Positions 1 to 8,413 of a stretch of DNA of 32,000 nucleotides are shown here, piece by piece. Position 1 is the first letter of the stretch; each line of letters opens with the position of its first letter. The translations under genes and the position numbers were made by a program. The notes beneath the pieces were generated by a model. The model was not told the DNA's origin. It saw only the letters and a program-made list of their open reading frames with translations, and did no database searches. Origin of the DNA: Bacillus subtilis subsp. subtilis str. 168 (GTDB lineage Bacteria; Bacillota; Bacilli; Bacillales; Bacillaceae); the NCBI RefSeq assembly GCF_000009045.1, contig NC_000964.3:3180001-3212000 (forward strand). Reading direction: 5' to 3'.

Positions 1-447
1 AATTTCAAAGTTGTCCTCCGCTACTCTTTCAGGTGAATAGGCCTGATAAAATATAATCGAGGGATTCTGCTCAATAACCCAAACAAACATACTTGAAAAA
101 CCATGTTGAAGCAAAAACTCCGCTCCTTTTGCTAAGAGCGCCCTGCCTGCACCTTGCCGCTGGCGCTCTTCCAGAAGATAAATAGCGTATAACTCGCCGT
201 CATAGCCTTCTTGTTCAGAGCGAATAGGTCCAAATGAAGCAAAGCCGAATACTGAACCCTTTTCGTCCTGAGCAACAAATACTCCCTTTAACGAGCGACT
301 TTTCCATTTGTCTTCAAATTCCTTATAGTTCAGGCTGTTTAAATAATCAATCGGGATAATTTCGTGGTATGTTGTCCTCCAGCTGTCTACATGCACTTTT
401 GCAATGTCCTTTATATCCTCTAACTTCGCTTCACGTACAGTTACCAT
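1..447 (-). CDS. yuaI: GNAT-family N-acetyltransferase (YuaI-like), 3' end beyond window
   Basis: Open frame on the minus strand from ATG at 447 (MVTVREAKLEDIKDIAKVHVDSWRTTYHE...) with GNAT-like N-terminus; open to the window edge; 17 nt downstream of floT. Not in the supplied ORF track. Confidence 0.8.
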   Translation of the reverse strand, partial: MVTVREAKLEDIKDIAKVHVDSWRTTYHEIIPIDYLNSLNYKEFEDKWKSRSLKGVFVAQDEKGSVFGFASFGPIRSEQEGYDGELYAIYLLEERQRQGAGRALLAKGAEFLLQHGFSSMFVWVIEQNPSIIFYQAYSPERVAEDNFEI

Positions 448-464
448 ACGGTTCTGCCCTTTCC

Positions 465-1994
465 TTACTCTGATTTTTGGATCGTTTTGGCTTCTTTGAT
501 TTCATTTGTTAATTCATTAATGCTTTGTTTTACGTTTCCTTTTCCTGAAAAGTTCTCAAGCATTTCTTTTACATCAATTCCTGAGGATGCTTTTAAACTT
601 TCTTGCAGACTTGACATTAAGTTCGTCGCATAGCTGGTTACTTTGTTTGCTCCGCTTGATTCACCGCTTCCTCCTGTATCGACAACGGTGATTTTATCAA
701 TATTTGAAAGAGGTGCCGCTGCTTGTTTCGCGTATTCCGGAAGCATTTTGACAATCATATCGAAAATCGCCGCCTGCCCGTACTGTTCAAAGGCGGCCGC
801 AATTTTCTCTTTTGCTTCCGCTTCTGCAAGACCTTTCAGGCGGATAACCTCTGCTTCTGTCTCTCCTTTCGCTTTTTCCGCTTCTGCTTTTGCTAGCCCG
901 TCAATTCTTACTTTTTCCGCCTCAGCCTTTGCCATTGCTTCAATACTGTACTTCTTGGCATCGGCTTCCGCGAGCTGTTTGGCTTTCTCAGCTGCTGCGG
1001 ACTGCTCAACAGAATAACGGTCTGCATCGGCTTTTTTCTTTACCTCTGAGTCGTATTGACGTTCACGGCGAAGAATTTCTTTTTCTTCTAGTTCTATTTG
1101 TTTTTGGCGTTCGATAATTTTAACCTGCATTTCCTGCTCTGTGACTTGCTGGCGCGCTCGGGCAGTCTCTAAATCATATGCTTGGTCGGCATTCGCTTTT
1201 GCCGTATCTTGTTCTCTGCGGAATTCAGCCATTTTGAGCTGATTGATTTTTTCAGCTTCAGCGATTTCCGTCGCCCGTTCAAGTTCTGATTTTTTTGCGT
1301 CTTTATCGGCTTCTGCCCGCTTAATTCGGGTTTCTTTATCAGCCTCTGCTGTTGCGATATCAGCATCGCGTTTTACTTGGGCAATTCTCGGTTTCCCTAA
1401 TGATTCAAGATAACCGTTTTTATCACGAACATCTTTAATGGTAAACGAGACGATTACAAGTCCCATTTTCGCGAGATCCTGTGAAGCGACACGCTGCACC
1501 TCTTGAGAGAATTTTTCTCTGTTTTTATAGATTTCTTCTACTGTCATTGAGCCGAGAATGGAACGAAGGTGGCCTTCTAAAACCTCCCGCGCTTCCTGCT
1601 CACGGTCGTCTTTTGATTTCCCTAAAAATTGTTCGGCCGCTGTAGCGATTTCTCCTATAGAACCGCCGATTTTAATAATCGCAGTTCCATCGGCCATTAC
1701 TGGCACTCCTTGTTCTGTATAGACTTCAGGTGTCGAAACATCGAGTTTGCTTGATAATAGGCTTAGCGGCTCTGCCTGCTGGAAGACGGGAAGGACAAAG
1801 GTTCCTCCGCCGCGGACGATTTTAATACGGTTGCCGCCTTCATCGACATGAACATTTTTATTACCCAGATAGCTCCCTGTTACAATTAACGCTTCATCAG
1901 GCCCTGCTGTACGATACTTCGTAATAAACACAGCTATTAGTGCAATTAATAAAAAGAATACAACTCCGATGATCATTATAATCGGCATTGTCAT
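465..1994 (-). CDS. floT: Flotillin-like SPFH/PHB domain protein FloT (YuaG)
   Basis: 509 aa, N-terminal membrane segment, SPFH domain, long Ala/Glu-rich coiled coil (AEAEKAKGETEAEVIRLKGLAEAEAKEKI); SD AAAGGAGG before ATG. Confidence 0.95.
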   Translation of the reverse strand: MTMPIIMIIGVVFFLLIALIAVFITKYRTAGPDEALIVTGSYLGNKNVHVDEGGNRIKIVRGGGTFVLPVFQQAEPLSLLSSKLDVSTPEVYTEQGVPVMADGTAIIKIGGSIGEIATAAEQFLGKSKDDREQEAREVLEGHLRSILGSMTVEEIYKNREKFSQEVQRVASQDLAKMGLVIVSFTIKDVRDKNGYLESLGKPRIAQVKRDADIATAEADKETRIKRAEADKDAKKSELERATEIAEAEKINQLKMAEFRREQDTAKANADQAYDLETARARQQVTEQEMQVKIIERQKQIELEEKEILRRERQYDSEVKKKADADRYSVEQSAAAEKAKQLAEADAKKYSIEAMAKAEAEKVRIDGLAKAEAEKAKGETEAEVIRLKGLAEAEAKEKIAAAFEQYGQAAIFDMIVKMLPEYAKQAAAPLSNIDKITVVDTGGSGESSGANKVTSYATNLMSSLQESLKASSGIDVKEMLENFSGKGNVKQSINELTNEIKEAKTIQKSE

Positions 1995-2014
1995 ATCAAA
2001 TTCCTCCTTTTATG

Positions 2015-2539
2015 TTAAATGGGTTCATGCGGAGTAACCGAAAGAACTCCGTTGTTAATATCTACGACTAACACCGTTGTCCCGTAACTGATCTGCTGAT
2101 TATCAAAACTGACCGCTGACTTTGAAATGGTCCCGCCTATCCCTTCTATGACCACTTCACCAAACCCGTCAACCGGCACAGCTGTAATCACTTTACCGAG
2201 TCTTCCTCTGAGATCATCTTCTCTATATGCCAATGATTCTTCTGCAGATGATAATGGCACCAGTACAAAGATGTGAAGCAATACCACCAGCATGATCGAA
2301 AGGATGCAAGATAAAAGCGCAATCAGCAAGCTTGACAGAGGCAATACAAGTTCACCTATATATCCGCCCGCTGAAAAACATGTAAAAAATGAGAGCACTA
2401 ATGTCGGATTAAGAAACGGAATGCCTTCTGACAGCCCTGAAAATACATCTCCGAAAAACAGGAATAACAGCGTAAGGCTGCCCGCAATAATAAGCGTATA
2501 AAGATACATTGTTTGTATAGGTACTCCAAATAACTCCAA
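2015..2539 (-). CDS. yuaF: NfeD-like membrane protein YuaF; likely TTG start at 2539 (alternative ATG at 2548)
   Basis: ORF 2015..2590 trimmed because its first ATG (2590) abuts a sigW-type promoter; transmembrane helices plus OB-fold-like C-terminus (LGKVITAVPVDGFGEVVIEG); adjacent to flotillin as in many NfeD-flotillin pairs. Confidence 0.85.
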   Translation of the reverse strand: MELFGVPIQTMYLYTLIIAGSLTLLFLFFGDVFSGLSEGIPFLNPTLVLSFFTCFSAGGYIGELVLPLSSLLIALLSCILSIMLVVLLHIFVLVPLSSAEESLAYREDDLRGRLGKVITAVPVDGFGEVVIEGIGGTISKSAVSFDNQQISYGTTVLVVDINNGVLSVTPHEPI

Positions 2540-2593
2540 CTTCCTCATCCTTTCTTCATCAATGCATTGATGAACGGCTGCCGTTACCATTTA

Positions 2594-2619
2594 TACGAGA
2601 CACCTCGGGAAAAGTTTCA
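2594..2619 (-). promoter_or_regulatory. sigW (ECF) promoter for yuaF-floT-yuaI
   Basis: Minus strand TGAAAC-N16-CGTA(TA), matching the sigW consensus; correct position upstream of yuaF. Confidence 0.85.
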
Positions 2620-2703
2620 AAATTTTAAGACAAATAACCCATTTGAAGTGCTTTATAAATGATAATTGCTTATATATATGGTAATGTCATTTTAGGAGGA
2701 GAT

Positions 2704-3195
2704 ATGATGAGTATCTTTAATGAAGCCAGATTAGAAACGTGGAACGAATTGAAAGGACTTTCTGACGAAAAGCTGAATCAAAAGCCTTCTGCTGAAGAAT
2801 GGAGCATACGGGAAGTTCTTGACCATTTGAAAAAAATCGATATGACCGCACAAAAAATGTTGAAGGAACGTGTAAAGGACGCTCCGATTAAAGAAATTGA
2901 AGAAAAACCGCTTGAAGTAGCACAGGACAGAAATAATAAACGGAAAGCCCCGAGTCATCTTGAGCCTGCGCATGATTTTATTTCAGGCAGCCAAATGAAA
3001 CGTGAGCTTGATGTGGTAAGAGAGCAGCTGACTGCTGCGATTGCCTCTCTGAAAGAAGAAGATTTTGAAAGAGTGCTTCCGCATCCTGTGTTTCAAGAGC
3101 TGACTGTCAGACAGTGGATCGATTTTATCGGCCATCATGAAAAACGGCACCTCAGCCAAATGAAAGAAATTAAAGAAAAGATAGAAAGGGCCTGA
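2704..3195 (+). CDS. yuaE: DinB/YfiT-like putative metal-dependent hydrolase or transferase
   Basis: 163 aa from the ATG after AGGAGGAGAT; DinB-like four-helix pattern with histidines (DHLKKIDMTAQ ... FIGHHEKRHLSQMKEI). Confidence 0.8.
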   Translation: MMSIFNEARLETWNELKGLSDEKLNQKPSAEEWSIREVLDHLKKIDMTAQKMLKERVKDAPIKEIEEKPLEVAQDRNNKRKAPSHLEPAHDFISGSQMKRELDVVREQLTAAIASLKEEDFERVLPHPVFQELTVRQWIDFIGHHEKRHLSQMKEIKEKIERA

Positions 3196-3213
3196 TTTAA
3201 TCAGACCCTTTCT
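3183..3213. terminator. Bidirectional terminator between yuaE and yuaD
   Basis: AGAAAGGGcCTGATttaATCAGaCCCTTTCT hairpin between convergent genes. Confidence 0.7.
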
Positions 3214-3779
3214 GCTTTTCGTTTGACTTTTCGCTGATAGGAATGAACTTCTATTTCATCACCTGTGTAAACAGCACCAGGTCTCTCCACAATACAGACA
3301 ATCCCTCTAATGCCCAGTGCGTGGCGGACGAAAGCCGACGCCAGCTTCGGTTGGTCCGGATAATAAGACTGAATGACTTCTCCCGGCTGGATACACGGAT
3401 CATTTTCGCCCTCACACAGCAGAGCCGCTCCGCTCGGAAAAATAATCCGGCTTCCTTCTTTTAATGAAGTAAGATCTGGCATACCGCTGACTGCCACATT
3501 CGCCCCGAGCCATTCCGGCAAAATTCTCGGCACTCCCATTTTTAAAGCGATTTCGTTGCATTCCTCTATTGAAACAATTGAAATTTGTCTGCGGTTGAAA
3601 ATTTCAGTCCCTCTTGAAAACATTGGTTCTCTGGCTCCCGCTTTTTTGGTCAGGCCAAAATGCAAGTCGCCGGGGATGCCGCCATAATCAAAATCAAGCT
3701 TGTCCATTTGCTTTGTTACGAAGCTTTTTGTATCTGCGATATATAAGCCTTCCGCTTTTGCAGTCATACGCTTCCACAT
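3201..3779 (-). CDS. yuaD: MOSC-domain protein
   Basis: 192 aa, MOSC-like features (SIVSIEECNEIA, FPSGAALLCEGENDPC). Confidence 0.8.
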   Translation of the reverse strand: MWKRMTAKAEGLYIADTKSFVTKQMDKLDFDYGGIPGDLHFGLTKKAGAREPMFSRGTEIFNRRQISIVSIEECNEIALKMGVPRILPEWLGANVAVSGMPDLTSLKEGSRIIFPSGAALLCEGENDPCIQPGEVIQSYYPDQPKLASAFVRHALGIRGIVCIVERPGAVYTGDEIEVHSYQRKVKRKAERV

Positions 3780-3833
3780 CAGCTGGCACCTTCCTTCTTA
3801 TCTAAAATTTCCACCTATGCTTCATTATCCCAA

Positions 3834-3864
3834 AAAATCCCGCTCTGTAAAGGAGCGGGATTTT
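3834..3864 (-). terminator. Terminator downstream of gbsB
   Basis: AAAATCCCGCTC-N7-GAGCGGGATTTT stem with T-tract on the minus strand. Confidence 0.85.
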
Positions 3865-3866
3865 GA

Positions 3867-5075
3867 TTATACCGTTTTAGGCGTAAGGTTAAAGCAGCGT
3901 TTGTAGATCCAGTTGTATGCTTTTTCATTTAAATCTCTAGGGTTTCCGAAGGTTTGCGGATCTTTCATTGCTTCTTTAGACAAGCGTTCGATCATATCAG
4001 GTGATACTCCCTGCTCTTCTAAAGTCGGCACTTCTAAATCTTCGACCAGATCATACATCCAATTGACAGATGCTTTCGCAGCTTCTTCTGTTGTCATCTT
4101 GCTTGTATCAATACCGAACGCTTTCGCAATACGCGCAAACTTCTCAGGATAGCCCTTCCAGTTGTATTCCATGACAGGGCCCATCATCGCCGCTACACAT
4201 TGGCCGTGAGCGACTGGGATAATACCGCCAAGCGTTTGGCTCATCGCATGAGCAGCGCCCGCTGATTCACTTCCGTAAGAAAGACCGGCAAGCATCGCAG
4301 CCTGCGCCATTCCGTACCTTGCTTCCAGATCCTCTCCATCAGCAAATGCCCTCTTGATGTAATGAGCGGCATACTCAATCGCCATTAAGGCAACCGCATC
4401 CGTGATTGGCTGTGCAAATTTCATTGTATAGCACTCAATGGCATGGGCGAGCGCATCAATTCCCGTCATAGCTGTTACATGCGGAGGCATTGAAACATGA
4501 AGCTCAGGATCAATGATTGTCAAGTGCGCTGCAATCAGCGGACCGCCCGTGTTGAATTTGAATTCTCTTTCTTCATCTGTGATAACCGCCCATTGGGTTA
4601 CTTCTGATCCGGTTCCAGCTGTAGTGGGAATTGTCGTCAGCGGAGGAATGCGGTTTTCCAGCGGTTTTTTCCCATCTGCCGCTTCATAATCAAGCACGCT
4701 TCCTTCGTGAGTCGCTTCTACTCCGATTGCTTTTGCTGTATCCATGGAGCTTCCGCCTCCGACTGCCACCAAACCATTACAGTTCTCTTTTTTGTAAAGC
4801 TCAGATCCTTCATTCACCAGACGGACAGGCGGGTTTGGCTCAACTTTATTAAAGAGTACCACTTCAATGCCTGCTTCTTTAAGTGATTCGATTACGGGAT
4901 CAGCAACACCGGCTTTATAAATCCCAGGGTCTGTGACAAGGAGCGCTTTTGAAACGCCCAGTGCAGCTACTTCCTCACCCGTATGCTTGATGGCTCCGAT
5001 TCCATGCTTAATCACAGTCGGAATTTCAAATGTGTGGAATTTCTGCATGCTTTCTACCTTCATATTTAATGTCAT
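3867..5075 (-). CDS. gbsB: Iron-type choline dehydrogenase (alcohol dehydrogenase type III) GbsB
   Basis: 402 aa from MTLNMKVESM; Fe-ADH motifs TTAGTGSEVT and HAMSQTLGGIIPVAHG; adjacent to gbsA. 30-aa upstream extension in the ORF track trimmed (SD GGGGGAG; ATG at 5078 also possible). Confidence 0.92.
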   Translation of the reverse strand: MTLNMKVESMQKFHTFEIPTVIKHGIGAIKHTGEEVAALGVSKALLVTDPGIYKAGVADPVIESLKEAGIEVVLFNKVEPNPPVRLVNEGSELYKKENCNGLVAVGGGSSMDTAKAIGVEATHEGSVLDYEAADGKKPLENRIPPLTTIPTTAGTGSEVTQWAVITDEEREFKFNTGGPLIAAHLTIIDPELHVSMPPHVTAMTGIDALAHAIECYTMKFAQPITDAVALMAIEYAAHYIKRAFADGEDLEARYGMAQAAMLAGLSYGSESAGAAHAMSQTLGGIIPVAHGQCVAAMMGPVMEYNWKGYPEKFARIAKAFGIDTSKMTTEEAAKASVNWMYDLVEDLEVPTLEEQGVSPDMIERLSKEAMKDPQTFGNPRDLNEKAYNWIYKRCFNLTPKTV

Positions 5076-5091
5076 CATCAATCTCCCCCTC

Positions 5092-6564
5092 TTATGAATT
5101 AAACCAGTTAACCGCTGCCGGTTTTGTATTGCGGTATACATGTTTGACTTCTGTGTATTCTTCAAGGCCTATTTTTCCAAGCTCGCGTCCGAACCCGGAT
5201 TGCTTATATCCGCCCCATGGCGCTTGTGCAAAGTACGGATGAAAATCGTTGATCCAAACGGTTCCCATTCTCAAGCGGGCTGCTACCCGTTCGCACTTTT
5301 CAATGTCTTTTGACCATACCGCTCCAGCCAAGCCATAGATGGTATCATTCGCAAGCTCGATTACCTCTTCTTCAGAGCTGAAGGTTTCGACTGTCAATAC
5401 AGGACCGAAAACCTCTTCCTGAACGATTCTCATGTCAGAATTACAGTTTGAGAAAATAGTAGGTTCATAGAAAAAGCCGTTTTGAAGCTCAGGATCTTCC
5501 GGGCGTTTGCCTCCTGTCTCCAGCTTCGCGCCTTCCTCTATTCCGATCTCTACATATTTTTCTACCTTTGCCCTGTGCTCCGCCGAAATAAGCGGACCGC
5601 TTTCTGTCTCAGCATGAAAACCGTTTCCGAGTTTTATGCGTTTTGCCCGTTTGACCAGCTCCGCCAAAAATTGATCATGAATGGCATCCTCAACAAGCAA
5701 GCGGGAACCTGCAGAGCATACTTGGCCGGCGTGGAAAAATACAGCGTTTAAGGCCTGATCAACCGCAACTTCTAAATCCGCGTCCTTGAAAACAATATTT
5801 GGGTTTTTCCCGCCAAGTTCAAGGGCGATTTTTTTGACGTTTCCGCTTGCCGCCCGCATGATTTTTTTGCCTGTTTCAATTCCGCCCGTAAATGAAATCA
5901 AATCGACGTCTTTGTTTACGGCAAGCTCGTCGCCCACTGTGGCTCCCGGTCCAAGAACAAGATTTGCGACACCTTTTGGAACACCGGCTTCTTCCATCAG
6001 CTTAAAGACTTTGATTGTCGTCAGCGGCGTAATCTCACTCGGCTTCATGACGATTGTGTTTCCTGCGGCCAGTGCAGGGGCGATTTTCCAGCTCGCTTGA
6101 AGGAGCGGATAATTCCATGGAGTGATCTGGCCGCAAACCCCGATTGGCTCCCTAATAATTTTGCTTTCTGAATCAGGAATCGGAGATGAAATGATCTCTC
6201 CGCCATCTTTGTCTGCCAAGCCGGCGTAATATTGAAAAACATTGGCGATATCGTCCATATCGGCCTTGCTTTCTTCGAGTGTTTTTCCTGTATCAAGAGA
6301 TTCAAGCTCAGCCAGCTCCTCAAGATCGCGTCTGATTAATTCCGCAATTTTCAGAACAATTTTTCCGCGTTCAAGCCCGGATAGCGATGACCATTCTCCT
6401 TTGTCAAATGCTCTACGTGCGGCTGCGATTGCTTTGATGGCGTCCTCTCGCCCTCCCTCGCTTACAGTTGCAATTTCTTCTTGATTAAATGGGTTGATAA
6501 TACTGCGGATCTGTTCTTTTTCGGCACTGATCCATTCTCCGTCAATGAATAATGTTTGACTCAT
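5092..6564 (-). CDS. gbsA: Glycine betaine aldehyde dehydrogenase GbsA
   Basis: 490 aa from MSQTLFIDGEW with SD AAGGAGG; ALDH motifs FTGGIETGKKIM, ELGGKNPNIVF, GQVCSAGSR. Confidence 0.95.
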   Translation of the reverse strand: MSQTLFIDGEWISAEKEQIRSIINPFNQEEIATVSEGGREDAIKAIAAARRAFDKGEWSSLSGLERGKIVLKIAELIRRDLEELAELESLDTGKTLEESKADMDDIANVFQYYAGLADKDGGEIISSPIPDSESKIIREPIGVCGQITPWNYPLLQASWKIAPALAAGNTIVMKPSEITPLTTIKVFKLMEEAGVPKGVANLVLGPGATVGDELAVNKDVDLISFTGGIETGKKIMRAASGNVKKIALELGGKNPNIVFKDADLEVAVDQALNAVFFHAGQVCSAGSRLLVEDAIHDQFLAELVKRAKRIKLGNGFHAETESGPLISAEHRAKVEKYVEIGIEEGAKLETGGKRPEDPELQNGFFYEPTIFSNCNSDMRIVQEEVFGPVLTVETFSSEEEVIELANDTIYGLAGAVWSKDIEKCERVAARLRMGTVWINDFHPYFAQAPWGGYKQSGFGRELGKIGLEEYTEVKHVYRNTKPAAVNWFNS

Positions 6565-6590
6565 ATAAGCCTCCTTGACGTAAATAAAGT

Positions 6591-6621
6591 TTGTTAAATA
6601 AAAATTTAATGTTTTTAACAA
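6591..6621. promoter_or_regulatory. Perfect 8-bp inverted repeat at and just downstream of gbsAB transcription start (candidate GbsR operator)
   Basis: TTGTTAAA-N15-TTTAACAA directly downstream of the -10 box. Confidence 0.6.
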
Positions 6622-6625
6622 CCTT

Positions 6626-6654
6626 AATCTAACATATGGTTTTTAAACTGTCAA
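6626..6654 (-). promoter_or_regulatory. sigA promoter of gbsAB
   Basis: Minus strand TTGACA-N17-TAGATT. Confidence 0.8.
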
Positions 6655-6676
6655 AGTCCCATTTTGATTTTTCTTT

Positions 6677-6704
6677 TTGACTTTTCCTCATGTTTCGTTA
6701 AGAT
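6677..6704 (+). promoter_or_regulatory. Candidate sigA promoter of gbsR
   Basis: TTGACT-N16-TAAGAT upstream of gbsR. Confidence 0.5.
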
Positions 6705-6732
6705 AAAGAACATAAAGAAATAACTTAACGAA
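6694..6732. promoter_or_regulatory. Perfect 9-bp inverted repeat overlapping gbsR -10
   Basis: TTCGTTAAG-N21-CTTAACGAA. Confidence 0.5.
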
Positions 6733-6762
6733 TTTAATTTTCTAAAGGAAAAGAGGGTCAGT

Positions 6763-7305
6763 ATGGATGAAAATCCAGAATTTGCAGCTATAGAACAGGC
6801 TCGGGATCTTGTTATTGACTCCATTGCTGAAACGATGGATCTTTACGGAATTACCCGCAGTGTCGGGATTTTATATGGGACGATGTATATGAGGGATGAG
6901 ATGACGCTTGACGAAATGCGTGAGGAGTTGCAAATGAGCAAACCAAGCATGAGCACTGGCGTCAAAAAGCTTCAAGACTTAAATGTAGTGAAAAAAACAT
7001 TTCACCGGGGCATCCGCAAGCATACATTTGTGGCTGAGAAGGATTTCTTTAAATTTTTCACAAATTTCTTTCCACCTAAATGGGAGCGGGAGGTTCAAGT
7101 GAATGTAACAGCGATCGAGGAAGCTCAAGCTGATTTACAAAAGGTTTTATGCAAGGAAGATCTCGATGAGGATATCAAAAATGAAGCACTGCAGTTATAT
7201 GATCAGCTGGAAAGCTCTAAAGCTTACTATGACTGGCTGAAACGGCTTGCTGAATCGGTGCAGACCGGAGAAATTTTTAAATTTATACCGGTCGAAACAA
7301 AGTAA
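6763..7305 (+). CDS. gbsR: GbsR, choline-responsive MarR/GbsR-type repressor
   Basis: 180 aa, winged helix (MTLDEMREELQMSKPSMSTGVKKLQDLNVV), divergent to gbsAB. Confidence 0.92.
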   Translation: MDENPEFAAIEQARDLVIDSIAETMDLYGITRSVGILYGTMYMRDEMTLDEMREELQMSKPSMSTGVKKLQDLNVVKKTFHRGIRKHTFVAEKDFFKFFTNFFPPKWEREVQVNVTAIEEAQADLQKVLCKEDLDEDIKNEALQLYDQLESSKAYYDWLKRLAESVQTGEIFKFIPVETK

Positions 7306-7310
7306 AGCAG

Positions 7311-7339
7311 AAAACGCCTGGGAAACTAGGCGTTTTTTT
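7311..7339 (+). terminator. Terminator of gbsR
   Basis: AAAACGCCTgggaaactAGGCGTTTTTTT. Confidence 0.9.
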
Positions 7340-7502
7340 GATGTAACTACTACAAATTTGAAAAATACGGGAAAAACACCCCATTTACTTCCAAAATATT
7401 TGATGGTAATTTTATGTAGGTAAAATTTGTATTTGGCCTTTCAGAGGAGGTGAAAAGCGGGCAGGCCTGTTTAATTTATCATTTTTTAGGGGGAATTTTG
7501 TT

Positions 7503-8048
7503 ATGAAACGCAAATTATTATCTTCTTTGGCAATTAGTGCATTAAGTCTCGGGTTACTCGTTTCTGCACCTACAGCTTCTTTCGCGGCTGAATCTACATC
7601 AACTAAAGCTCATACTGAATCCACTATGAGAACACAGTCTACAGCTTCATTGTTCGCAACAATCACTGGCGCCAGCAAAACGGAATGGTCTTTCTCAGAT
7701 ATCGAATTGACTTACCGTCCAAACACGCTTCTCAGCCTTGGCGTTATGGAGTTTACATTGCCAAGCGGATTTACTGCAAACACGAAAGACACATTGAACG
7801 GAAATGCCTTGCGTACAACACAGATCCTCAATAACGGGAAAACAGTAAGAGTTCCTTTGGCACTTGATTTGTTAGGAGCTGGCGAATTCAAATTAAAACT
7901 GAATAACAAAACACTTCCTGCCGCTGGTACATATACTTTCCGTGCGGAGAATAAATCATTAAGCATCGGAAATAAATTTTACGCAGAAGCCAGCATTGAC
8001 GTGGCTAAGCGCAGCACTCCTCCGACTCAGCCTTGCGGTTGCAACTAA
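7503..8048 (+). CDS. bslA: Biofilm surface layer hydrophobin BslA (YuaB)
   Basis: 181 aa, signal peptide ending ...TASFAAES, BslA body (TKTEWSFSDIELTYRPNTLLSLGVMEFTLPSGF), C-terminal CGC motif (TQPCGCN). Confidence 0.96.
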   Translation: MKRKLLSSLAISALSLGLLVSAPTASFAAESTSTKAHTESTMRTQSTASLFATITGASKTEWSFSDIELTYRPNTLLSLGVMEFTLPSGFTANTKDTLNGNALRTTQILNNGKTVRVPLALDLLGAGEFKLKLNNKTLPAAGTYTFRAENKSLSIGNKFYAEASIDVAKRSTPPTQPCGCN

Positions 8049-8051
8049 TGT

Positions 8052-8079
8052 AAAAGACCGGTTAACGCCGGTCTTTTTT
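8052..8079 (+). terminator. Terminator of bslA
   Basis: AAAAGACCGGttaacgCCGGTCTTTTTT. Confidence 0.9.
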
Positions 8080-8140
8080 GCGTTTTACCCTCCCCTTTTT
8101 CTCTAATCCCCGTTATCTTTTTTCTGGTTTAAAATTTAAA

Positions 8141-8169
8141 TTGACAAACACTAGAAACAGGAGTAAATT
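8141..8169 (+). promoter_or_regulatory. sigA promoter of ktrAB leader
   Basis: TTGACA-N17-TAAATT. Confidence 0.75.
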
Positions 8170-8189
8170 CTTGAGTGTTCAATTTCATA

Positions 8190-8345
8190 CAGTCTCTTTT
8201 ACCGCTTAATCAAACACGAACGGGGGAACCAACGATTGGCTGTTTTATTAACAGCCTTGGGGTGAATCTTACTAAGTAAGAGGGGGTACTCTGAATCCCT
8301 AATCCGACAGCTAACCTCGTAGGCGTATACAGAGAGGAGGTCTAT
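8190..8345 (+). promoter_or_regulatory. c-di-AMP riboswitch (ydaO/yuaA class) controlling ktrAB
   Basis: Characteristic conserved blocks: AATCAAACACGAACGGGGGAACC, CTTGGGGTGAATC, CCGACAGCTAACCTCGTAGGCGT; upstream of K+ transporter genes. Confidence 0.93.
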
Positions 8346-8349
8346 TATC

Positions 8350-8375
8350 GGCCATTCTTTGCAATGGTCTTTTTT
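8350..8375 (+). terminator. Riboswitch expression-platform terminator
   Basis: GGCCATTctttgcAATGGTCTTTTTT between aptamer and ktrA. Confidence 0.85.
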
Positions 8376-8413
8376 GTTTCAAAAACGTTAATTCACTAAG
8401 GGAGATATGAACA

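Noticed and set aside
643-1117. Plus-strand ORFs (124 aa and 75 aa) antisense to floT
   Set aside because: Ala/Ser-rich mirror translations of the flotillin coiled-coil codons; no SD or independent coding evidence.
2540-2590. N-terminal extension of YuaF in the ORF track
   Set aside because: Start codon abuts the sigW promoter; better start downstream.
5076-5165. 30-aa N-terminal extension of GbsB into gbsA
   Set aside because: The extension overlaps the 3' end of gbsA; SD GGGGGAG precedes the 5078/5075 starts.
6565-6621. 19-aa N-terminal extension of GbsA
   Set aside because: It covers the candidate operator and the start site of the TTGACA/TAGATT promoter; SD AAGGAGG sits before MSQTLF.
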